Below are positions 25,435 to 32,571 of a DNA stretch of 64,000 nucleotides, one piece after another. The notes below the pieces were generated by a model. It worked only from the letters and a program-made list of their open reading frames with translations. It searched no databases and was not told the DNA's origin. The position numbers and the translations under genes were made by a program. The stretch's first letter is position 1; the number at the start of each line of letters is the position of its first letter. Source of the DNA: Escherichia phage ECOH1; the sequence record ON540300.1; one strand, given 5' to 3'.

Positions 25435-26334
25435 TTATTTACCTACTGACAAAGGTGCTTCAATCTTTCCTGCATGTTGGTAATTGTTAATACCACCAAT
25501 AAAGTCACTTGCAGTGAGATGTTTTAAGTCACTTAAAGTGTTAAGTGGGATACCAATCTCAAAAGTTGGTGCATGGAACTCTTCATTGTTCATCAGTTCA
25601 TAAACCTGTTTCATATGGTTCTGATAAATCTGAGTATCTCCAAAGACACCTATCAAGTACCGTGGAGTATATCCAGTCATCTTACAAAGAACTTCCAGAA
25701 TAAAACCGTAAGATGCAATATTAAATGGAAGTCCTAAAAAGGTGTCTACTGAACGCTGATACCATTGTAAGTCAACTTCACCCTCGTTAGTAATATAAAT
25801 CTGAAACAGAACATGACAAGGTGCTAGAGCCATTGAGTTTGCTGCAATATCTGCCGCATTCCAAGCATTAACAAGCATGTAACGGTCTGTGATATCACCC
25901 TTCATCTTCGTTACTAAGGTCTCTAACTGGTCTACAACACAACCGTTATGACCTTCAAAGTTTCTCCACTGAACACCATAAATTCTTCCACCCGCATCTT
26001 CTAACCAATCTTGTTCAGAAGAGTAATTAGAGCTTAACCAGCGTTTAAAATCATCTGACCAGATAGTCCAGCGTTCTCCATCATTCTCACCCCAAGTACG
26101 GTAACGGAGTTCACCCAGCTTATTCTCACCATTCAGGAACCATAAAGCTTCCCCGATAACTTGCCGTGTAAACACCTGTTTAGATGTTAAGAGCGGGAAA
26201 CCAGTTCGCATATCAAAACGAAACTGAGGTGGAGCAAATGCAGAGATAACATCTCCAGTTCGTGTAGTACGCAGTTCACCAACTGATAAAACATGGTTCA
26301 GGATATTTTTGTAACTCAAATCTGCTTGTGACAT
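25435..26334 (-). CDS. thyA: thymidylate synthase (ThyA family)
   Basis: Motifs GRIYGVQWRNF and catalytic-Cys region MALAPCHVLFQIYI; adjacent DHFR gene supports a thymidylate synthase assignment. Confidence 0.75.
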   Translation of the reverse strand: MSQADLSYKNILNHVLSVGELRTTRTGDVISAFAPPQFRFDMRTGFPLLTSKQVFTRQVIGEALWFLNGENKLGELRYRTWGENDGERWTIWSDDFKRWLSSNYSSEQDWLEDAGGRIYGVQWRNFEGHNGCVVDQLETLVTKMKGDITDRYMLVNAWNAADIAANSMALAPCHVLFQIYITNEGEVDLQWYQRSVDTFLGLPFNIASYGFILEVLCKMTGYTPRYLIGVFGDTQIYQNHMKQVYELMNNEEFHAPTFEIGIPLNTLSDLKHLTASDFIGGINNYQHAGKIEAPLSVGK

Positions 26335-26335
26335 A

Positions 26336-26881
26336 TCAAAAGTGTCCTTTTACTTGTGGAACATAAATTTCAAAAGTTGCTTTACCATCCTCTGATGGTT
26401 TTGACTGTACCTTTGTAAATACACGGTTATCATACAGCTTCTCAAAGAAGTTTTCAAAAGGTAAATGCACAGTGGCCTCTTCAGTAACTTTATGGAAAAC
26501 TGTATGAAACACTACATCAGCATACGGTAAAGCATTGACAAGGACACCTGCACCACCAATTACAAAGACATCTTCATCAATAGAGCTATCAAGATACTTC
26601 AAAAATGCTCCAAATGACTCTTTACTGGCTTTAGCATACATTACCTCATCTTTACCAAAGTCTATGCCTAAGTATGGTACAGAGTTTGTTAAGATTAGGT
26701 TTGCACGTTCTGGTAAAGGTTTACTACCCAGAGTCTTAAAAGTCTCATTCCCCATCACTACTAAGTTATTTTTAGTGAGTCTCTTAAACTCTTGCATATC
26801 CTGTTTATGTCGAGGCCACGGCATACCAGTTGGAGTACCAAACTCACCATTTTCACCACTTGCAAAGATTAATTTAATCAT
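26336..26881 (-). CDS. dihydrofolate reductase
   Basis: N-terminal DHFR signature IFASGENGEFG...MPWPRHKQDMQEFK...VVMGNETFKTLG...PLPERANLILT. Confidence 0.8.
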   Translation of the reverse strand: MIKLIFASGENGEFGTPTGMPWPRHKQDMQEFKRLTKNNLVVMGNETFKTLGSKPLPERANLILTNSVPYLGIDFGKDEVMYAKASKESFGAFLKYLDSSIDEDVFVIGGAGVLVNALPYADVVFHTVFHKVTEEATVHLPFENFFEKLYDNRVFTKVQSKPSEDGKATFEIYVPQVKGHF

Positions 26882-27138
26882 TTTGTAAACCCTTTCTTAA
26901 TGAACCAGTTGATAACATTCTTCACAGCTTTATTGCTATGGTAGATTAGGTGTGGTGTAGGCTGGTATGAACCATAGGCCCAGAATGATAGATGCTCACC
27001 ACAACCAACACATGTAGTACTTTCTTCAGCTATATGACCATTAACAATCACATGAACTTCACCTTGCAAGTCTGTACACCCACAATGTGGGCAACGGATA
27101 GGTGTTCCATCAGACTCATAGCAGTGTTCAATTTTCAT
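26878..27138 (-). CDS. zinc-ribbon protein (putative)
   Basis: CPHCGC...CVGCGEH cysteine pairs. Confidence 0.45.
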   Translation of the reverse strand: MKIEHCYESDGTPIRCPHCGCTDLQGEVHVIVNGHIAEESTTCVGCGEHLSFWAYGSYQPTPHLIYHSNKAVKNVINWFIKKGFTK

Positions 27139-27654
27139 TTATTTAACCTCAAAAACTGGCTCAAGAACCAATATAAAGTCTACACAATCATCTTCTTCAT
27201 CCAGAATACCATCAAAGTTCTTAGGAACGAAGTCGAAGAGGCTCATAACAAAACAGTCAGAAGTAACCCTGATAGTTCCTCCCATGTTCTCTACAGTCAA
27301 CACTGTACGACTTTCTTTTACCTCTCTCAGAAGATTACTCACAAAGTCATCTAAGAAGTACTTCATCAGTGACTTAAAACCTTTAGGGTAATCTGTACCA
27401 GAGTATGTTTCAATCTGGGGTACAAGCTTAACATTTATACTAGTCTTTGTTAAGAACGTGCTAGAGAACATGCTATCAGGTAACTTACAAACAATCTTTC
27501 CAGTACCTTCATGCTCAATCTCAACAAAACCAGCTTCGTCGCCACATGTAACTATTTTAAAAGATGCTTCATTCTCATGCTGTGAAGCCATAAACTTTTT
27601 AAGCATCACTTTAAGGAAATCTGCATGAGCATCTTGTAAGTAGATATCAATCAT
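27139..27654 (-). CDS. hypothetical protein
   Basis: 171-aa ORF tightly packed in minus-strand operon. Confidence 0.45.
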   Translation of the reverse strand: MIDIYLQDAHADFLKVMLKKFMASQHENEASFKIVTCGDEAGFVEIEHEGTGKIVCKLPDSMFSSTFLTKTSINVKLVPQIETYSGTDYPKGFKSLMKYFLDDFVSNLLREVKESRTVLTVENMGGTIRVTSDCFVMSLFDFVPKNFDGILDEEDDCVDFILVLEPVFEVK

Positions 27655-27667
27655 AGTTAATCACCTA

Positions 27668-28027
27668 TTATGGGAACAGACACTTGATGTCATCATTTTT
27701 GAAAACAAAACTTGTGTAGTTGTGACCATCAACATCCAGCCAAACAGCCTGAACATCTACACCATCAAGATTGTGGTAAAGCTCTTTGATGAAGTGGTCT
27801 TTCACAACCTGACTACTAGTTGTTTCCAGCTTAATGTTTGAGATTGCTGAACCTACAGCCATATAACCCATGACACGTTTCTTCTCAGTATGCTTAATCT
27901 TACCATCTTTGTAAGCCATAATGAGATTGGAAAGAATCTTCACACCATAATACTTTTCAAGGTGAGTAGGTACACCGTAAAAACCTAATGCGAAGTTTTC
28001 AGAGTGGATAATGTTTTCACGTTTCAT
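27668..28027 (-). CDS. hypothetical protein
   Basis: 119-aa ORF. Confidence 0.45.
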   Translation of the reverse strand: MKRENIIHSENFALGFYGVPTHLEKYYGVKILSNLIMAYKDGKIKHTEKKRVMGYMAVGSAISNIKLETTSSQVVKDHFIKELYHNLDGVDVQAVWLDVDGHNYTSFVFKNDDIKCLFP

Positions 28028-28028
28028 A

Positions 28029-28358
28029 TTAATCTGCCAACCTTAAATTAAAATTAACACCAAATTTTTCACATACTTCCAACATAAACTCAAGAGAGAC
28101 ATTACCAGTGAGGTTGATTATGTTGGATACACGAGCTTGAGAGATACCACAAATCTTAGCAACTTGCTCTTGAGAAAGACCTCTGGATTTAATCTCTCTC
28201 TTAAAACGATGTGCAACGAAGTCTCTCATTTCGTCTACATCCATTGGACAAATATAACTCTCCATTTCAGCTTCTCTGTCAGCCTCCCAATCATCTTGTG
28301 GAGCATAAGGGTCAAAAACCTCATTCATCTTTCTTCTTCCGTTTACGTGAAGCATCAA
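28029..28358 (-). CDS. helix-turn-helix DNA-binding protein (XRE-like)
   Basis: HTH-like segment LSQEQVAKICGISQARVSNIINLTGN. Confidence 0.55.
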   Translation of the reverse strand: MMLHVNGRRKMNEVFDPYAPQDDWEADREAEMESYICPMDVDEMRDFVAHRFKREIKSRGLSQEQVAKICGISQARVSNIINLTGNVSLEFMLEVCEKFGVNFNLRLAD

Positions 28359-28533
28359 TCAATGAATCTATGTTTGTAGCTCTAACCTTTTCACGTTCAT
28401 CGTTAAGATAATCATCAAGAGCCTTCTCAATCTGTGAATCATCTTGACAGATAACTGTAAAGACTGTAAAGCCATCTATATCATCAATTATCTTACCATA
28501 ACCGCTTCTGGGATGTAACTTTTTAAGAGCCAT
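28321..28533 (-). CDS. hypothetical small protein
   Basis: 70-aa ORF overlapping the start of the downstream gene. Confidence 0.35.
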   Translation of the reverse strand: MALKKLHPRSGYGKIIDDIDGFTVFTVICQDDSQIEKALDDYLNDEREKVRATNIDSLIDASRKRKKKDE

Positions 28534-28534
28534 A

Positions 28535-28918
28535 TCAAATACCTGTGCAGCTTCTGTTTTCTAAGAAATACTCAACACCATACATAGCTTTTTGCATCAA
28601 GTCTTCTTTAAACTGAATACGATGATTGAGCATAGCCTGTACATCAATATCTTCATGGTGCTTCTCTTTAATGTTTGCAGATTGCAGGAAATACTCTGCA
28701 AGAACACGATACTGATAGTCAGTTACCTTATCAGTCATCTCTGTTAAAGACTCTTCAGAGATTGGTTTAAGTAACTCACCATTAGCCAAAGCAACACCTT
28801 TAACAATCTGACAAGTGTCTTCTGGAACACCTGATAAGTCCACATTTGGGAGTTCTGTTGCATTGACTGGTAAATTCATTGACATAACCATTGCAGCAGC
28901 TAATAAAATCTTTTTCAT
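28535..28918 (-). CDS. secreted/periplasmic protein with signal peptide (first gene of minus-strand operon)
   Basis: N-terminus MKKILLAAAMVMSMNLPVNA resembles a Sec signal peptide. Confidence 0.5.
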   Translation of the reverse strand: MKKILLAAAMVMSMNLPVNATELPNVDLSGVPEDTCQIVKGVALANGELLKPISEESLTEMTDKVTDYQYRVLAEYFLQSANIKEKHHEDIDVQAMLNHRIQFKEDLMQKAMYGVEYFLENRSCTGI

Positions 28919-29478
28919 AATGACCTCAAAGTTATATTAAATTTTGTATTACATTGAGTATAAAAATAAGCTATAACACCTGATTTGTCAACAGATTTTA
29001 TAGCTTATTTGGCAGATTTTTTTTATAAGGCTACTGCCATCCTTCCATACCAAACCATACCAGACATAGCCATACCCGACCGTACCTCGCCTCACAACAC
29101 TTAAAAATCCTCTTAGAAGACTCTTAAGTGATGTAATCGAATTTTAATGTAGCTCCGATTAACTACCCATACCTCACCTCATCCAACCATACCATGCCTT
29201 ACCAGACCGCACCTTACCTTATTAAAAGACCCTATTTAAAGACCTTTTAAAAAGGTGAGTCTCATTTTAAATGTAGCTGAGACTAACTACCCATACTGTA
29301 CCGCACCTGACCCGACCTGACCAGACCTAACATTACCGTGCCACACCGTACCGAACAGAACATTGCCATACCTCGCATCACTTAAAAACCCTTTTAAAAG
29401 ACTCTTAAGTGATGCTGGTGAGTACCCGTCGGTTTATGCTGCTCAGTATACTCACCAAATTTTCTATGTCAACAACTT
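28919..29478. repeat. 560-bp non-coding region with composite direct repeats, CCATACC-like heptamer tracts and hairpins
   Basis: Two copies of cacttaaaaa(t/c)cc...aagactcttaagtgatg (about 29098 and 29380), two copies of ttttaa(a)tgtagct..aactacccatac (about 29142 and 29263), more than 12 CC(A/G)TACC-like units, strongly G-poor top strand. Confidence 0.7.
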
Positions 29479-30582
29479 TTATTCATAATCCCTAATAACT
29501 AGTCCGACAGGGAACTGTAAAGAACCCTTACGAGTCATCTTCTGGAACTGTACCGTTAAAGGCTTCCCGATAAACTCTTCAGGATGCTCAGCAAGATACT
29601 GTTTCTTCTCATGAGTAGTCTTCCATGAGACATCTACAAAGACGTTAGGAAGAGTCTCTACAACGAACTTGCCATGACCACGCTTATCAGTCTTTACACC
29701 AGTCACTTTAAACTCTTCAGTGTGCATCTTCTTGTGCTTAATCAAGAAGTATGAACGGTGACAACACTCATAGAAGGAGTCTTCAGAGATTGAACGGTAC
29801 ATTGCACCTTCAAACTTAGCTTCAACCCACTTATCATGAGCTTCATCAAACTCTTCCCAAGAATTTACACGACGAGACTTAACAGGAACAACTTTACAGC
29901 CGTCTCTGAAGTCATTCAATGGTGAAGTCTCAATAATATCTCTACGCTCAGGCCACGTCTTAGTACTATCACAGATATCGTACCAGTAAAACTTGAGCAA
30001 GTGTCTGTCAGGATTGTCTTCATTTTTAATCATGGAGACGATATCTTCTAAGTCCCACCCATGAGCATAAATCTCTCCATCAAATTCATCAACATCTTTG
30101 TGGAGCCTTAGCATTGCCATAATGTCAGGTATTAGTTCGGCAGGGATTTTATAAACAGTATTTTCACGAGAATATGCTGTAAATACACTGCCAATACTTA
30201 AGTGTCTTGAAATTCTACAACGGACACCATCAAGTTTTGGTTGAGCATCAGCAGGGAACTTCAGATACTTTGCATGACTAACCTTTGCAGCATCATGAGC
30301 AAGCTGCACACCTACCTTCTCAGTATTCTGTGCAGACTCTTTTGTGTAAGCATAGCCTTTGCGGTCAACCTGCTTTTTATACTTAGCAGCAACTTCAAAG
30401 AGAGCTTGCTGTTCAGCGTTACGCTCATTCTTTTTACCGATGTTTTTAGGTTCTGCTGTATACTCTTCAAACATCATCTTGCCATTTTCTTTGCCATACG
30501 TGGTAACAACTTTGTCACCTACAGCGACACATGACCAGACGTTAAAAGAGCCATCTTTATTTTGTTTGTACAGTATTGTCAT
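29479..30582 (-). CDS. ATP-dependent DNA ligase
   Basis: Adenylation motif I PKLDGVRCRIS (KxDG); start moved to internal ATG at 30582 with RBS cagaggaataaa. Confidence 0.7.
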   Translation of the reverse strand: MTILYKQNKDGSFNVWSCVAVGDKVVTTYGKENGKMMFEEYTAEPKNIGKKNERNAEQQALFEVAAKYKKQVDRKGYAYTKESAQNTEKVGVQLAHDAAKVSHAKYLKFPADAQPKLDGVRCRISRHLSIGSVFTAYSRENTVYKIPAELIPDIMAMLRLHKDVDEFDGEIYAHGWDLEDIVSMIKNEDNPDRHLLKFYWYDICDSTKTWPERRDIIETSPLNDFRDGCKVVPVKSRRVNSWEEFDEAHDKWVEAKFEGAMYRSISEDSFYECCHRSYFLIKHKKMHTEEFKVTGVKTDKRGHGKFVVETLPNVFVDVSWKTTHEKKQYLAEHPEEFIGKPLTVQFQKMTRKGSLQFPVGLVIRDYE

Positions 30583-30583
30583 T

Positions 30584-30775
30584 TTATTCCTCTGAGTGAT
30601 ACCAAGTATTGCAAGCATTACATGCGTAAAGCTCTAAGTCATTTTTATCTGGTTTATGAAAACAGTTTGCTCCGCAGTGGCAACGAAACGGCTTTCCACC
30701 AACTGTCAGGATGAAGGATTGAACCTTTCCATCAGGAGTCCGTACAGCATTTTTATGCTTGTCTTCTTTATTCAT
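30584..30775 (-). CDS. small zinc-finger protein
   Basis: CHCGANC...CNAC cysteine clusters in 63 aa. Confidence 0.4.
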   Translation of the reverse strand: MNKEDKHKNAVRTPDGKVQSFILTVGGKPFRCHCGANCFHKPDKNDLELYACNACNTWYHSEE

Positions 30776-30931
30776 TTGTGCTATTGCCTTTGTCAGATTT
30801 CATATAGGACATGTTACTATGCCTTTTAATAAAATGTACAACGCATTTTGGTGTATCTTTTGTGTCTTTGATGTGCAATCTATCGAAACTGTGTACTGTG
30901 AAGGTTGCATCTGTCATTGTCTGCTTAGGTT

Positions 30932-31138
30932 TCATTTTCTTTTACCACCAATCTCTACGTCAATAACTTGAACATCACCAGCAACATCAAACTTATGAAT
31001 GATGCTTTCCACAGTGTAAGTCCAACCCTCAATGCGAACCAACTCACCTTCTCGTGGGACGATTGGGTTACGTTGAGCTACGGTTGTAGTGGAGTGAACA
31101 ACATCATAACAGTAGATATAGTTTACTAGGACTTCCAT
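30932..31138 (-). CDS. hypothetical small protein
   Basis: 68-aa ORF. Confidence 0.4.
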   Translation of the reverse strand: MEVLVNYIYCYDVVHSTTTVAQRNPIVPREGELVRIEGWTYTVESIIHKFDVAGDVQVIDVEIGGKRK

Positions 31139-31391
31139 ATCTTCACCTTAAAAGAATAAGTCAGATGCTTTTGGGTTGATTAAACTCATGCAGTTTTGAA
31201 GCATGGCTTCATTGTACCCATCTTGGCAAACTACGTAGAGTTTATCGAAAGTTTCTTTTGATGCTGGGTAGACTGATAACTCCTGGCATACACTAAGATA
31301 CCATTAGTAATCTAAGCCTCTGCTCCAAGCGTCAGCGATTAGGGCTGTAGCTTTGTCTTTGCTTCTGATAACTTCATCAGACTTTTCAATT

Positions 31392-31547
31392 TTACTGTTC
31401 ACGATGTTCTACCTCTCTGTACGTTCGTCGATAGTATATGATAAGCTGTGCTAACTCGTTGCTTTTAACATCTGAACGTAGCAGTTGCCAATCAAAACCT
31501 TTACCGACTCTTCCATATAAGCTAAATAATTTTACTTTGCGTTTCAT
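31392..31547 (-). CDS. small basic protein (51 aa), not in the ORF track
   Basis: ATG preceded by RBS gggag; translation MKRKVKLFSLYGRVGKGFDWQLLRSDVKSNELAQLIIYYRRTYREVEHREQ. Confidence 0.35.
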   Translation of the reverse strand: MKRKVKLFSLYGRVGKGFDWQLLRSDVKSNELAQLIIYYRRTYREVEHREQ

Positions 31548-31564
31548 TTTGGTACTCCCAATAC

Positions 31565-31792
31565 TCAGAGGCCAATACTAATACGTTCACCCTTGAGGAC
31601 TCCTGTACGGTCTCTTGCAATCTTGCCGTCAACAATAAGGATATGCGCAGACCTTAAAGATTCACTATTAAAACCTTTTACGAACTTGCTAGGCATCACT
31701 ACAATGTACATCTTCTGAATCAACTCTGGAGTGTAGCAGTTATCATGAAGTTGCTGAATAACGTCTGCAAGTGTCATTTTTGATGTCTCCAA
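31565..31792 (-). CDS. hypothetical small protein
   Basis: 75-aa ORF. Confidence 0.4.
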   Translation of the reverse strand: METSKMTLADVIQQLHDNCYTPELIQKMYIVVMPSKFVKGFNSESLRSAHILIVDGKIARDRTGVLKGERISIGL

Positions 31793-31983
31793 TATTCAAT
31801 ATCTACAAGTTCTTGTGCAATGCTTTTCAGATTACCTTTCAAGAAAACCTTCTCAGAACCTGAAAGAGATGAATTGTCAATTAACCTGTTCATCCTCTCA
31901 AACAACTTCTGTTTACGGTTCTTGATAGTTTCCTTTGAAGCACCTTTCATCATCGCTGCATGGGTTCTTCCACGGTGGCTCAT
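31774..31983 (-). CDS. hypothetical small basic protein
   Basis: 69-aa ORF. Confidence 0.4.
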   Translation of the reverse strand: MSHRGRTHAAMMKGASKETIKNRKQKLFERMNRLIDNSSLSGSEKVFLKGNLKSIAQELVDIEYWRHQK

Positions 31984-32034
31984 AAGCCCTCCTATATAAG
32001 ATATTGTATAAGGTACTCTTCCCTGAGCACCTTG

Positions 32035-32568
32035 TCAACTTAGTTTTGCAAACTCTCCGTGGAGTTTCACAGCAGCTTCACAGTAAGCTTTATGGGCTTC
32101 TTCAGGTGTGTCATGGTGACCTAAAAACATCTTCTTACCTTTATAACTTATCTGTGCGACCCACTTACCAGACTTCTTCTTAAGGCTTACACCCTTGTAC
32201 CCAGATTTATTGGTGGCTAGTTTACCTTTATTCCAAGCACTTTGGAAGTCATCTGCTTCCCTTAAGTTTGCAATCCTGTTGTCAAGAGAGTCTCCGTTGA
32301 TATGGTCAATGATACCTTTTGGCATCTTGCCATATACATAAAGCCATGCGAGTCTGTGTGCTTTATGTGCTTTCTTGTCAAAATAGATACTAATCTGTTT
32401 ATGACCAGTTGAATCAGTCTGGATATTACCTGCCACCTTTCCTGCATAATTACTGTTAAAAACACTAACAGCTCTTGATTTACCTTCTCTACGAAGCCAA
32501 GTAAAGACCCCTGTTTCGGGGTCATAGTGCAGCAGCTCCTTTAAACGTTTTTGTAAAATTAAATCCAT
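32035..32568 (-). CDS. HNH endonuclease with AP2-type DNA-binding domain (free-standing homing-endonuclease-like)
   Basis: HNH-like IIDHINGDSLDNRIANL followed by AP2-like GYKGVSLKKKSGKWVAQISYKGKKMFLGHHDTPEEAHKAY. Confidence 0.65.
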   Translation of the reverse strand: MDLILQKRLKELLHYDPETGVFTWLRREGKSRAVSVFNSNYAGKVAGNIQTDSTGHKQISIYFDKKAHKAHRLAWLYVYGKMPKGIIDHINGDSLDNRIANLREADDFQSAWNKGKLATNKSGYKGVSLKKKSGKWVAQISYKGKKMFLGHHDTPEEAHKAYCEAAVKLHGEFAKLS

Positions 32569-32571
32569 TAA

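Noticed and set aside
26535-27354. Plus-strand track ORFs 26535..26888 and 26992..27354
   Set aside because: Antisense to DHFR and neighbouring minus-strand genes that have clear motifs and coupling.
28919-29478. Possible CRISPR array
   Set aside because: Repeats are heterogeneous in length and spacing, spacers are not uniform, and no cas genes are present; it looks like an iteron/palindrome regulatory region.
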